From positions 496,001-560,000 of the forward strand of contig JASTWF010000109.1 of NCBI GenBank assembly GCA_030390025.1: DNA of 64,000 bases, read 5' to 3'. Made by a program: the position numbers and the translations under genes. Within the stretch, counting starts at the first letter, position 1. Each line of letters opens with the position of its first letter. This document shows, piece after piece, positions 1-13,375 of the stretch. Source of the DNA: Squalus acanthias (lineage: Eukaryota). The notes below the pieces were generated by a model, which was not told the DNA's origin, made no database searches, and saw only the letters and a program-made list of their open reading frames with translations.

Positions 1-3000
1 TCCCTAGATCTGTATATATTACACGAGAACCTGTCTTTGTTTATATTAAACTAGACCCTGTCTCTGTTTATATTACACTAGAACCTGTCTCTGTTTATAT
101 TACACTAGACCCTGTCTCTATTAATATTACTCTAGACCCTGTCTCTATTTATATTACACCAGACCCTGTCTCTGTTTATATTACACTAGGCCCTGTCTCT
201 GTTTATATTGCACTGGGTCGTGGCTCTGTTTATATTACACTGGGCCCTGGCTCTGTTTATATTATTCTGGGCCCTGTCTCTGTTTATATTACACTAGAAC
301 CTGTCTCTGTTTGTATTACACTAGACACTGTCTCTCTTCATATTACACTAGTCCCTGGCTCTGTTTATATTACACTGGGCCCTGTCTCTGTTTATATTAC
401 ACTGGGCCCTGGCTCTGTATATATTACACTGGAGCCTGTCTCTGTTTATATTACACTAGAACCTGTCTCTGTTTATATTACACTAGATCCTGTCTCTGTT
501 GATATTGCACTCGACCCTGTCTCTCTTTATATTGCACTAGACCCAATCACTGTTTATATTAGACCAGACCGTGTCTCTGTTTATATTACACTAGAACTTA
601 TCTTTCTTTATATTACACTAGTCCCAGGCTCTGTTTATATTACACTAGATCTTCTCTCTGTTTATATTACACTCGACCCTGTCTCTCTTTATATTGCACT
701 AGACCCGGTCTCGCTTTATATTACACTAGACCCTGTCACTGTTTATATTACACTAGACCGTGTCTCTCTTTATATTACACTAGACCCTGTCTCTGTTTAT
801 ACAACACTACACCCTGTCACTCGTTTTATACAGTGGACCCTGTCCCTGTTTATATTACACTGGGCCCTGGCTCTGTTTATCTTATGCTGGGCCCTTGCTT
901 TTTTTATATTACTCTGGTCCCTGGCTCTCTTTATATTACACAGGGCCCTGTCTCTGTTTATATTGCACTAGACCCTGTCTATCATTATATTACACTGGGC
1001 CCTGGCTCTTTTTTTATTACACTGGGCCCTGTCTAACTTTATATTACACTGGTCCCTGGCTCTGTATATATTACACAAGAACCTGTCTTTGTTTGTTTTA
1101 TACTATACCCTGTCTCAGTTTATATTACACGAGACCCTGTCTCTGTTAATATTTCACTAGACCCTGTCTTTGTTTATATTACACTAGACCCTGTCTCTAT
1201 TAATATTACCCTGGACCCTGTCTCTATTTATATGACACTAGACCCTGTCTCTGTTTATATTACACTGGGCCCTGTCTCTCTTTATTTTACACTGGTCCCT
1301 GGATCTGTATGTATTACACGAGAACCTGTCTTTGTTTATATTAAACTAGACCCAGTCTCTGTATATGTTACACGAGAACCTGTCTCTGTTTATATTACAC
1401 TAGACCCTGTCTCTATTAATATTACTCTAGACCCTGTCTCTATTTATATTACACCAGACCCTGTCTCTGTTTATATTACACTAGGCCCTGTCTCTGTTTA
1501 TATTACACTGGGTCGTGGCTCTGTTTATATTACACTGGGCCCTGGCTCTGTTTATATTATTCTGGGCCCTGTCTTTGTTTATATTACACTAGAACCTGTC
1601 TCTGTTTGTATTACACTAGACACTGTCTCTCTTCATATTACACTAGTCCCTGGCTCTGTTTATATTACACTGGGCCCTGTCTCTTGTTTATATTACACTG
1701 GGCCCTGGCTCTGTATATATTACACTGGAGCCTGTCTCTGTTTATATTACACTAGAACCTGTCTCTGTTTATATTACACTAGATCCTGTCTCTGTTGATA
1801 TTACACTCGACCCTGTCTCTCTTTATATTGCACTAGACCCAATCACTGTTTATATTAGACCAGACCGTGTCTCTGTTTATATTACACTAGAACTTATCTT
1901 TCTTTATATTACACTAGACCGTGGCTCTGTTTTTATTACACTAGATCGTCTCTCTGTTTATATTACACTCGACCCTGTCTCTCTTTATATTACACTAGAC
2001 CCTGTCTCGCTTTATATTACACTAGACCCTGTCACTGTTTATATTACACTAGACCGTGTCTCTCTTTATATTACACTAGACCCTGTCTCTGTTTATACAA
2101 CACTACATCCTGTCACTCTTTTTATACACTGGACCCTGTCCCTGTTTATATTACACTGGGCACTGTCTCTGTTTGTATTACGCTAGACCCTGTCTCTCTT
2201 TATATTACACTGGGCCCTGTCTCTGTTTTATATTACGCGAGACCCTGTCTCTGTTTATATTTCACTAGGCCCTGTCAATGTTTATATTACAGTAGATCCT
2301 GTCTCTCTTTATATTACACTGGGCACTGGCTCTGTTTATATTACACTGGGACGTGTCTCTGTTTAATTACACTAGACCATTTCTCTCTTTATATTACACC
2401 TTGCCCTGGCTCTATTTATATTACACTGGGCCCTGGCTCTTTTTATATTTCACTGGACCCTGGCTCTGTTTATATTACACAAGACCCTGGCACTGTTTAT
2501 ATTATACTGGGCCCTGGATCTTTTTATATTACACTGGGCCCTGGCTCTGTATATATTGCACTGGGCCCTGGCTCTGTTTATATTACACTGGGCCCTGGCT
2601 CTGATTATATTACACTAGACACTGTCTCTGTTTATATTACACTGGGCCCTCGCTCTGTTTATATTACACTGGGCCCTGCCTCTGTTTATATTACACTGGG
2701 TCGTGGCTCTGTTTATCTTACACTAGACCCTTTCTCTGGTTATATTACACTAGACCCTGTCTCTCTTTATATTAAACTAGACCCTGCCTCTGTTTATATT
2801 ACACTGGACCCTTGCTCTTTTTATATTTCACTGGGCCCCAGCTCTGTTTATATTACACTGGAGCCTGTCTCTGTTTATATTACACTAGATCCTGTCGCTG
2901 TTTATATTACACTGGACCCAGTCTCTGTTTATATTACACTCGACCCTGTCTCTGTTGATGTTATGCTAGACCCTGTCTCTCTTTATATTACACTAGACCC

Positions 3001-3475
3001 AATCTCTGTTCATATTACACTTTACCGTGTCTCTGTTTATATTACAGTAGAACTTGACTCTCTTTATATTACACTCGACCCTGGCTCTGTTTTTATTACG
3101 CTAGTCCGTCTCTCTGTTTATATTACACTAGACCCTGGCTCTGTTAATATTACACTCGACCTTGGCTCTTTTTATATTACACTAGAACCTGTCTCTGTTT
3201 ATATTACCATAGACCCTGTCTCTGTTTATATTACACTGGGCACTGGCTCTGATTATATTACACTAGCCCTTGTCTCTGTTTATATTAAACTGTACCCTGT
3301 CTCTGTTTATATTACACTGGACCCTGGCTCTGTTTATATTACACTGGGCCCTGGCTCTATCTATATTACACTAGACCCTGGCTCTGTTTATATTACACTG
3401 GGCCCTGGATCTCTTTATGTTACACTGGACCCCGTATCAGTTTATATTACACTAGACCCTGGCTCTGTTTATATT

Positions 3476-3580
3476 GATGAGAAGTCACACAACACCAGGT
3501 TATAGTCCAACAGATTTAATTAATTTTACAAGCTTTCGGAGCAGTTCGCTCCTTCGTCAGGTAAGTTTAGCAGTGAGAGA
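3476..3580 (-). mobile_element. Short Penelope-like element terminal fragment inserted in the 27-bp satellite
   Basis: Non-satellite insert flanked by CTGTTTATATT on both sides (3465-3475 and 3581-3591). It is homologous to 12985-13080, which is attached to GIY-YIG-like coding remnants. Confidence 0.7.
3526..3564 (-). ncRNA. Minimal type I hammerhead ribozyme motif
   Basis: Minus strand reads UUAC-CUGACGA-A-GGAGC(GAACU)GCUCC-GAAA-GC-UU-GUAA: catalytic cores CUGANGA and GAAA, 5-bp stem II, 4-bp stem I and palindromic AAGCUU in place of stem III. Confidence 0.65.
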
Positions 3581-3994
3581 CTGTTTATATTACATTGGCC
3601 CTGACTCTGTTTATATTACACTATACTCTGACTCTCTTTAAATTACTGTGGGCCCTGGCTCTGTTTATATTACACTAGACCCTGTCTCTCTTTATATTGC
3701 ACTAGGCCCTGGCTCTGTTTATATTACACTGGGCCCTGGCTCTGTTTATATTGCACTGGGCCCTGTCACTGTTTATATTACACAAGACCCTGTCTCTCTT
3801 AATATTACACCAGACACTGCCTCCGTTTATATTACACTGCACTCTGTCTCTGTTTATATTAATCTAGACCCTATCTCTGTTACATTACATTATATCCTCT
3901 CTCTGTTTATATTACAGCAGACCCAGTCTCAGTTATTACTGCACTTTCCCCTGTCTCTCTATGGAGCACTTAGTGAGTGATGTACTCTCAGAGC

Positions 3995-4327
3995 TATCAT
4001 CTTTCGATTGAGACCTTAAACCGAGGCCAAATCTAGCCTCTCAGGTGAACGTAAAATATCCCTGTCACGATTTTGAAGAAGATCCAATTATTTCTCCCCA
4101 GTGTCCTGGTTAATATTTGTCGCTCCAGGAACTTCATTAAAAAGAGGTTAACTGCTTATTTATGATATTTCTGTTTCTGGGATCTTGCTGTGCTTTCATT
4201 AGCAGCCGCCTGTCGTAAATTAGAACATTGACTACAGTTCAAATAACTTCATTGTCTGTAAAGCGTTTTGGGATGTGTTAAGGTGGTGAAAAGCGCTTTA
4301 GAAATTCAAATCTCTCTTTCTTTCTTA
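3995..4327 (+). mobile_element. SINE fragment (Deu-domain/SacSINE1-like)
   Basis: Similar to 48760-49185 (TTTCGGATGAG..TTAAACCGAGG..CCTCTCAGGTG..GAAGAAGA..AAAGCGTTTTGGGA) and ends in a TCTT-rich tail. Family assigned from recall. Confidence 0.6.
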
Positions 4328-4759
4328 TAGATGATGAGATTTCTTTGGAATGATGCTCAGATGATGCTTATCCATGTCAAAAAAGGAGAAATATCAGCCC
4401 AAGGAGTGAAACACACGCTCACATCAATGTGCTCCACACACAAGGAATGGATTGGAAATGTTGCTAATTAGTAAATGGGGAAGTCCATTTTTCAACAGGG
4501 CAGTGAAATAAATTAGTTTGTGATGATTGAGAGAATGTTCTTACTCGGATTTCTGAATAAAAACCTTCCCTTCCTCAAATGGTACCATCGAACATTAGTT
4601 GTCCGCTGCACAGAAAGAGGCCATTTGGCCCATTGCATCCGTGCTGGATCTGTGCGGAAACAAACCAAAGATAATTACGCTGGTCCGCTCTCTTCGCATG
4701 GCTCGGTATCATCCTTGCCTCAAATATATTGTTCCACCGGTCCCTTAAAAGATGCATTG

Positions 4760-5495
4760 GTCTCTGTTTCAGACAGCACCGAACTCACTTAACCCCACTC
4801 CTCTCTCTCTGTCTGTCTCAGACAGCACCGAACTCACTTATCCTCTATCCTCTCTCTCTGTCTCTGTATCAGACAGCACCGAACTCACTTTACCTCTCTC
4901 CTCTCTCTCTGTCTCTGTCTCAGACATCATCGAACTCACTTAACCTCTCTCCTCTCTCTCTCTGTCTCTCTCAGACAGCACCGAACTCACTTAACCTCTC
5001 TCCTCTCTCTCTCTGTCTCTCTCAGACAGCACCGAACGCACTTAACCTCTCTCCTCTCTCTCTGTCTCTCTCAGACAGCACCGAACGCACTCAACCTCTC
5101 TCCTCTAACTCTGTCTCATACAGCAACTAACTCACTTAACCTCTCACCTCTCTCTCTCTCTCTCTCTATTTCTGTCTAAGACAGACGCAAACTCACGTCA
5201 CCTCTCTCCCCTCTCACTCTGTCTCTGTCTCAGACAGCACCAAACTCACTTAACCTCTCTCATCTCGATATGTCTCTTTCTGAGACAGCACCGAACTCCC
5301 TTAACCTCTCTGCTCTCTCTCTGTCTCTTTCTCAGACAGCACCGAACTCACATAACCTCTCTCCTCTCTCTCTCTGTCTCTGTCTCAGACAGCACCGAAC
5401 TCCCTTAACCTCTCTGCTCTCTCTCTGTCTCTTTCTCAGACAGCACCGAACTCACTTAACGTCTCTCTCTGTCTCTGTCTCAGACAGCACCGAAA
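4760..5495 (+). repeat. ~51-bp CT-rich minisatellite (TCTCAGACAGCACCGAACTCACTTAACCTCTCTCCTCTCTCT...)
   Basis: About 13 visible units. Explains the SQTAPNSLNLSPL pseudo-ORFs. Confidence 0.9.
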
Positions 5496-6069
5496 TCATT
5501 TAGAGCCTTTTATTTTCTATAAACCCCTTTGTCAGACATTTTTTTTAACTTCCCCTCATTTCTCGCAGTGAGAATCCCTCAGTAAATCTCCTACTTTTGT
5601 GAATGTGTTAAACCAAATATTCCTTAAAATGAGAATGGGGGTGACAGTAATGTTGAGATGAGGAACAATCTGTGTTGCGGTTCCTGGTGCTGTCAGAGTG
5701 AGGCCGCCCCCACTGACAGGAAGCCTGTTCATGGTGATTACATCAGACTGACGCCTGCGATTTCAGTCTCAGGCAACACAACTTCCTCTTTCTCGCTGCC
5801 GGCTCCAAACCGCACATCTGACTTCTGAGCAGAAAATAAATCCCGGGGCCACAATCTGGTGGAAACATCTGGCAAGGCGGCCTATATCTGGCCCCAGAGT
5901 CGGTGCAGAGCCACACACATCACATTGCGGTGACATTTGTAATTGAGCCTGTTGTTTGTGTTTAGGGTCTCTATTCCCGGACTTGACTGGCGGTTTCTGT
6001 GGATCAGTCACTGAGCTCCCCCTGCTCTCTGAAGCCGGGAGCTGGTAGTTTGTCCCTTTCAGTTTATAT

Positions 6070-6312
6070 GAGGACATTTTTCAATAGGCAGCCAGTTGTT
6101 CTGATCTGGAATGCACTGACTTAGAGCGTTTTGAAAGCAGATTTTATAATAACTTTCACAAGAGAATTGAATACATACTTTATTGATAAACAAGTTACAG
6201 GGCTTGGGGAAAGAGCAGGGAGTGGAACTAATTGGAGAGATCTTTCAAAGAGCCGGCACAGGCATGATGAGCTGAATGGCCTCCTCCTGTGCAGTTTAAT
6301 TCTGTAATTCTC
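6070..6312 (+). mobile_element. CR1-type LINE 3' end fragment
   Basis: Has the GAGCCGGCACAGGCATGATG..GAATGGCCTCCTCCTGTG 3' UTR motif shared with the other CR1 ends in this window. Confidence 0.65.
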
Positions 6313-6873
6313 TGCTTTTATCCCTCACCACCTTGTCTCTCCTCTTTTAAAGTTCATTTCTCTCTTTATTTCTCTCTTTCTCAGTCTTTCTGGATATCAT
6401 AAATACAAGTTTATAATACAAAGTTGGACAGTGTACTGCAGCTGGGGCCTCACCTATGAATTATAAAGCTTTATCAATAACTTCCTTGCTTTAGTATGAA
6501 AATAGTGGGCTAAATAAACCAGTATTTTCTCCCAGTAGGGCTTCTGTCCCTTCTGGACAAGGTTATGCACAGAATAATTTTACACAAGTCCCTCCCTTTG
6601 TTGCGGTTACACTAAAGACCCAGCGAGTAATTTTCAACTTCACGCCCGGGCAGTAATCCTGTCCCAGGATCCATCTCCTGTCACCTGGCAAAGGTTCGTG
6701 GCCTTATTTAAGTCCTCAAAATGGCTGACGGCAACTTTCAGCTTTCAGTCCCCTCCCGCCCCTTTATATTTGCACTACACCTCGCTTCTGTTGTTATCAC
6801 TTCCCTATGTTAATCTTAAACAAGTTTCCATATCACTCATGTAAAACTACACACCCCTCCCGGTTAGTTTTTT

Positions 6874-8110
6874 GTGCTTGTAACTAGCAGAATAGATAAG
6901 GGGAGACCAGTGGATGTGGTGTATTTGGATTTTGAGAAGGCATTCTATATGGCATTCTATACACAAGAAGCTTTGAACAAAATTAGGGCTCAGGAGAATG
7001 GGGTTAATAGACTAGCATGGATTGAGGATTGGTTAACGGACACCAAACAGAGAGCAGGAACAATCGAGTTATTTTCGGGTTTGAAGGCTGTAACTAGTGG
7101 GGTTCCGCAAGGACCAGTGCTTGTGCCTCAGGCAATTACAATCTACATCAATGATTTGGAAGAGTGGAACAAATATAATTTATCCAGGTTTGCTGATGAT
7201 ACGAAGCTAAGTGCGAATGTAAGTTGCGAGGAGGATGCAAAGAGGTTTCAAGGGGATGTAGAGAGTCTAAGTGATTGGGCCAGAACATGGCAAATGGAAT
7301 ATAATGTGGAAAAATGTGAAGTTATCCAATTTGGTAGGAAAAATAGAAAAGCAGAGTATTGTATAAAATGGTAAGGCATTGGGAAATGTTGTTCAGAGGG
7401 ACCTGGTTGCTCTTGTACACGACTCACTGAAAGTTATTACTCAGGTACAGCAAGCAATTAGGAAAGCAAATGGTATGTTGGCCTTTTTTACAAGAGGAAT
7501 TGAGTCTAAGAGTAAAGACGTCTTACTGCAATTATGTTGGGCCCTGGTGAGACCACGGCTGGAGTATTGTGTATAGTTTTGTTCTCCTTACCTAAGGAAG
7601 GATATATTTCCCATAGAGGAATTGCAACGAAGTTTCCTGGGATGAGAAGATTGTCCGATGAGGGGAAATTGAGTAGACTAAGCCTTTATTCTCTCGAGTT
7701 TAGAAGAATTAGAGGTGATCGCATTGAAACATGCAGAATTCTGACATGACTTGACAGGGTAGATGCAGGGAGGATGTTTACACTGGCTGGGGAGTCTCGA
7801 GCCAGGGGTCACAATCTCAGAATAAGGGGTCGGCCATTTATGAATGAGATGAGGAGCAATTTCTTCACTCAGACGGTGGTGAAACTTTGGAATTTTCTAT
7901 CCCAGCGGGATGTGGATGCTCAGTCATTGAGTATATTTAAGGCAGAGATCGATCGATTTTTGGCTATTAATGGAATCAAGGGATATGAGGATAATGCAGG
8001 AAAGTAGAGTTGAGGTAGAAGATCAGCCATGATCTAGTTGAATGGTGCAGCAGGCTTGACGGGCCGAATGTCCTATTCTTGCTCTTATTTCTTATGTTCT
8101 TATGTTCGTA
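6874..8110 (+). mobile_element. 5'-truncated CR1-type LINE, degenerate reverse transcriptase
   Basis: Broken ORFs contain VDVVYLDFEKAF, SGVPQGPVL, FADDTKL and RPRLEYCV, followed by a (TTCTTATG)n tail. Confidence 0.92.
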
Positions 8111-8119
8111 TTTGTTATT

Positions 8120-8995
8120 GTGTAAGACCCTGTCTCTGTAATTGTTACACTGTATGCTGCCTCGGCTGCTATCAGAAAATAACCAGCCCGATAATTCAGT
8201 TCTAGTGCATGACTCGATTATTATAACTCTAGAGCTTGTCTCTGTTGTATTCAATAGAGTTTTTTTCTGAGATTGTTAAAGTAGACCCGGCTTCTGATAG
8301 TGTTACACTATTCCCTCTTTCAGTTATTATTGCATCAAAACGTGTTTCTTATAGCTACATTATTACTGCATCTGACCCTGGCTCTGTTCATATTACACTA
8401 GACCCTGTCCCTGTTTATTTTACACTAGACCCTGTCTCTGTTTATATTACACGAGACCATGTCACTGTTTATATTACACTAGATCCTCTCTCTGTTTATA
8501 TTACACGAGACCATGTCCCTTTTTATATTACACTAGACCATGTCCCTGTTCATATTACACTAGGTCCTCTCTCTCTTTATATTACACTGGTCTCTGTCTC
8601 TGTTTATATTACACTAGTCTCTGTCTCTGTTTATATTACTCTATGCCCTATCTCTTTTGATAGTACTCTCGGCCCTGTCTCTGTGTGTATTACACAGAAC
8701 CTGTCTCTCTTTATATTACACTAGATCCTGTTACTGTTTATATTACACTTGACCCTGTCTCTGTTTATATTACACTGGTCCCTGTCTCTGTTTATATTAC
8801 ACTAGAACCTGTCGCTGTTTATATTACACTAGGTACTCTCTCTCTTTATATTACAATAGTCCCTGTCTCTGTTTATATTACACTAGACAATGTCTTTGTT
8901 TACATTACACTAGGTCCTCTCCCTCTTTATATTACACTAGTCCCTGTCTCTGTTTGCATTACTCTGGGGCCTGCCACAGTTTTACTGCAATAGAC
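8120..8995 (+). repeat. 27-bp satellite array
   Basis: Same unit as 1-3950, more degenerate at its left end. Confidence 0.9.
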
Positions 8996-9563
8996 CATTC
9001 CTAAAAATGTAGGAAGAGGTTTGAGAGGAAGCAGTGAAGGTATCGATAAAAAAATAAGACTGTCGACACAGAAATAGTGCAAATTCTCTGGAGAGTTGCA
9101 AATGTTGCATTCCTTTCCAAACGAGGGAAACTATAACTCATGCATTTACAGATTTATGAACCTCACGTCAGGTACAGGTGCAGTTTCATTTTTACCATCA
9201 CTTGCACCAATCCTCACATATTGCGGGTTGATATCGGGAGCTTCTGTGTGATGGTGAAGTGATCGCTGGACAATAATGCGCGGGGGCTTGTGGGTGGCTG
9301 CTCATTATCCTCGGAGTGATGCAATCCCCTTTCACACTAAATACTGCGGACAGACAGACTCACCTTGGTAAATGAATGGTCTGCGTGATATCGCTTTCTA
9401 AACTAGAGCGGACAAGACAATGGGTTATCAATAAATCAAAAAGATAATAAATGATCTGCAATTGTATTTTGAATAAAGGATATACAATGCTGATAAATAA
9501 TGGCTGAAGATAATCATTTATCGTTGTAGAATGCACTTGCAAACATTAAAAATGATGTTTTGT

Positions 9564-9576
9564 ACACACACACACA

Positions 9577-9617
<41 letters not shown>

Positions 9618-9622
9618 ACACA
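9564..9622 (+). repeat. (CA)n microsatellite
   Basis: Direct reading. Confidence 0.95.
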
Positions 9623-10169
9623 GCAAATAATTTTTGAGGCTCTTTTCAGTTATGCTTTTGAACCCTTGATCATGAATCGCTTGTTGGGCATTAGGACCCT
9701 GCGTCCACCGACCCGGCGGTGCTGGGATGTCACGGTTCCAGGCTCTGTCTCACACAATCAGTGGGTCCTGCCAAAGCTCAATAGAAAATATTGCAGCAAA
9801 AACAATCCTTAACATTCACAAACTGGGTGCAATCGGCACAGCACAACACAAGTGTAAATTAGTAAACTTTAAGACACAGAGTTTGTCACTAATTAGTGAA
9901 AAGTGCAGGGCACTTTTGCTCACCTTCAGTCCTGTCCCTCAATCCTAGCTCATCTCTGGGGGATTGTTATAGGGTTCACCCCGTCATTTCAACACAGATA
10001 TTACACACTTAATCCCAAATCAAATAGACATTGCACACAGCTTCTGATAGTGACTGACAAATATAAACGTATTCATATAAGTAAAAACTGATTGCATTCT
10101 TCCGCACATGGAAATATATTGCTTTACTTGAATCAATATCCATCTATCCCTCCACTTATCATCTCTCTC

Positions 10170-10510
10170 TCTAGCGAACAGGGACAGGGTCTAGTGCAGC
10201 AATACCTGAGACAGACACAAGTGTAACATAAACAGAGACAGCGTCTAGTGCTGCATTAGCCGAGAGAGGTTCTAGTGTAACATAAACAGAGACAGGGTCT
10301 AGTGCTGCATTAGCTGAGAGAGGTTCGAGTGCAATATAAAGAGAGAAAGGTTCAAGTGCTGCATTAGCTGAGAGAGGTTCTCCAGTAATATAAAGAGAGC
10401 AAGGGTCTAGTGCTGCATTAGCTGAGAGAGGTTCTAGTGTAATATAAAGAGAGAAAGGGTCTAGTGCTGTATTAGCTGAGAGAGGTTCGAGTGTAATATA
10501 AAGAGTGAAA
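10170..10510 (-). repeat. 27-bp satellite, reverse orientation, dimeric variant
   Basis: Alternating units translate as LEPLSANAA / LDPFSLYIT. Confidence 0.85.
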
Positions 10511-10523
10511 AGGAATAGTTTAA

Positions 10524-11310
10524 CATTAGAAAGTAAGAAATAGGAGCAGGAGTGGGCCATTCGGCCCTTCGAGCCTGCTCCGCCATTCAATGAGATCATG
10601 GCTGATCTTCTGCCTCACCTCCATTCAACAGCCCTATCGCCATATCCCTTGATGCCTTTAATAGTCAGAAATCTATCGATTTCTGTTTTCAATATACCCA
10701 ATGACTGAGCCTCCACAGCCAGCTGTGGTAGAGAAATTCCAAAGATTCACCACCGTCTGTGTGATTTTTTCTTCTCATCTCAGTCCTGAGTGGCCTACCC
10801 TTTATCTTGAGGCTGTGGCCCCTGGTTCTAGACTCTCCAGTCAAGGGAAACATTCTCCCAGCATCCAACCTATCAAGCCCTGTAATAATTGTGTATGCTT
10901 CAATGAGATCATTTCTCATTCTTCTTACTTCAAGAGCATAATGTGCTAGTCTACTCAATCTCTTCTCATACGAAAGTCTCTCTATCCCAGGAAACAATCT
11001 CTTGAACCTTCCTTGCACTCCCTCTATGGCAAGTATATCCTTCCTTAGGTAAGGAGAACAAAATTGTACATAGTACTCCAGGTGTGGCCTCACCAATGCC
11101 CTATATAATTGGAGTAAGACTTCGTTATTCCTGTACTCAAATCCTTTTGTAATGAAGGCCAGTATAGCATTTGCCTACCGAATGGCTTGCTGCACCTGCA
11201 CATTCACTTTCAGTGACTCATGTCTAAGGACACCCAGGTCCCTTGGAGTAGCTGCATTCCCCAGTCTATCACCATTTAAGAAATACTCTGCCTTTCTCTT
11301 TTTTCTACCC
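10524..11310 (-). mobile_element. CR1-type LINE 3' fragment
   Basis: ORF 10689-11096 (VRPHLEYYVQF..ESRTRGHSLKIKGRP) plus a CR1 3' UTR. Confidence 0.9.
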
Positions 11311-11312
11311 TA

Positions 11313-12980
11313 AACTGAGACAGGATCTAGTGTCATATAAACAGAGACAGTGTCTAGTGTAATATAATCAGAGACAGGGTCTAATGTGATAAAAACAGAA
11401 CCAAGGTCTAGTTCAGTAAATACTGAGACAGGGTCTAGTATAATATAAACAGAGACATGATCTTCTGTAATATAAACAGAGACATGATCGTGTGTAATAT
11501 AAACTGAGACAGGGTCTAGTGTAATATAAACAGAGACAGGGTCTAGTGTAATATTAACAGAGACATTTTCCAGTGCAACAATAACTGAGTCAAGGCTTAC
11601 TGCAGTATAAATAGAGGCATTGCCTAATGCAGTAATAAATACGCCAATGTCTAGCGCAATATGAACAGAGAGATGGCCTCGTGAAATATAGTTCAGTCAT
11701 GGTCTAGTGTAATATAAACATAGACTGAGTCAAGTCAAATATGAAAAGAGACAGGGTCTAGTGTAATATAAACAGAGACAGAGTCTAGTGTAATATAAAA
11801 AGTGACAGGGTATACTGTAAAATAGAGAGAGACAGGGTCTAGCGTAATATAAACAGCGACGGGGTATATTATAATATAAACAGAGATAGGGTCTAGTGTA
11901 TTATAAACAGAGACAGGGTCGAATAAAATACAAAGAGAGACCGGGTCCATTCTAATATAAACAAAGGTAGTGTCTAGTGCATTAATAATTGAGACTGGGT
12001 CCAGTGTAATATAAACAGAAACAGGGTCTAGTGTAATAAAAACAGAGACAGGGCGTAGTGTAAAATAAACAGGGACAGGGCCTAATGCAACTTAAGCAGA
12101 GACAGGTGCAGTGTAATATAAACAGAGACATGGTCTAGTGTAATATAAACAGAGACAGGGTCTAGTGTAATATAAAGAGTGACAGGTTCTAGTGTATTAT
12201 AAACAATGATAGGGTCTAGTGTAATATACACAGAGACAGGGACTAGTGAAATATCAACAGAGACAAGGTCCAGCATAATATAAGCAGAGATAGGGTCTAG
12301 TGCAATATAAACAGAGACAGGGTCGAAAGAAATATAAAGAGAGTCAAGGTCTAGTGTAATATAAAAAGACAGAGGGTCTCGTGTAATATAAACAGAGTCC
12401 GGATCCAGTGTAATATAAACAGAGACAGTGCCCAGTGTAATACAAAAAGATACAGGATCTAGTGTAATATAAAGAGAGACATGTTCTAGTGTAAAATTAG
12501 CAGAGACATGGTGTAGTGTAAGAAAACTGAGAAACGGTCTATTACAATAATAACTGGACAGGGCCTAGTGTAATACAAACAGATACGTCGTCTTGTGCAA
12601 TATGAACTGAGACAGTGTCTCATGTAATATAAACAGAGACAGTACCTATAATAATATATAAAGAGACAGGGTCTAGTGCATTATAAACAGAGACCGGGTC
12701 TGATGTAATATAAACAGAAACCGGGTCTAGTCTAAAATAAACAGAGAAAGGTTCTAGTGTGATATAAACAGAGATAGGGTCGAGTGTAGTTTAAACAGAG
12801 TCAGGGCCGAGTGTAATATAAACAAAGACAGGGTCTAGTGTAAAATAAACAGGGACAGGGCATATTGTAATATAAACAGAGATAGGGTCTAGTTTAATAT
12901 AAAAAGAGACAGGGTCTAGTGTAATATAAACAGAGGCAGGGCCTAGACTAATATAAACAGATACATGGTCTAATGTATTT
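11313..12980 (-). repeat. 27-bp satellite array, reverse orientation
   Basis: Repeated TGTAATATAAACAGAGACAGGGTCTAG units. Confidence 0.92.
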
Positions 12981-12984
12981 TAAA

Positions 12985-13250
12985 AATGAGAAGTCGCACA
13001 ACACCAGGTTATAGCCCAACAGTTTTATTTGAAATCACGAGCCTTCGGAGTGCTGCTCCTTCGTCAGGTTGAGTGAGGGAATACAAATCAGCTAAAACAT
13101 ATATAGACAGAGAACAATGTGTCTCGAAGGCCGCCGTGGGGATAGCTTACCCGCAGATCCGAGGCTGAATGTCCTTGACTACTGAAGTGTTCCGCGACTG
13201 GCAGGTAACAATCCTGCCTGGCGATTGTTGCGCGGTGTCCGTTCATGTTA
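12985..13250 (-). mobile_element. Penelope-like retroelement 3' remnant with degenerate hammerhead motif
   Basis: Peptide MNGHRATIARQDCYLPVAEHFSSQGHSASDLRVS resembles the C-terminal part of the Penelope GIY-YIG endonuclease. The terminus matches 3476-3580. CUGACGA..GAAG lies at ~13036-13070. Confidence 0.7.
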
Positions 13251-13375
13251 TTTGGGGGTCGCTGGCAAGGCCAGCATTTATCGCCCATCGCTAATTGCCA
13301 TTGAAAACGTGCTGATGAGCCACCTTCTTGAACCGCTGCAGTCCCTGTGGTGAAGGTACTCCCACAGTGCTGTCA

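Larger units (their letters stand above)
1..3950 (+). repeat. 27-bp tandem satellite (consensus CTAGACCCTGTCTCTGTTTATATTACA) with higher-order duplication
   Basis: Unit read directly. It translates as LDPVSVYIT or YYTGPCLCL repeats, which explains the ORFs here. The variant block at ~500-860 recurs at ~1795-2150. Confidence 0.95.

Noticed and set aside
311-3980. YYTGPWLC / VYITLDP repeat ORFs, and resemblance of the array to CRISPR
   Set aside because: Head-to-tail 27-bp satellite with no unique spacers, no cas genes and a vertebrate context.
5769-6077. 102-aa ORF and E-box-rich unique segment
   Set aside because: No recognisable domain or exon structure, and the motif evidence is too weak.
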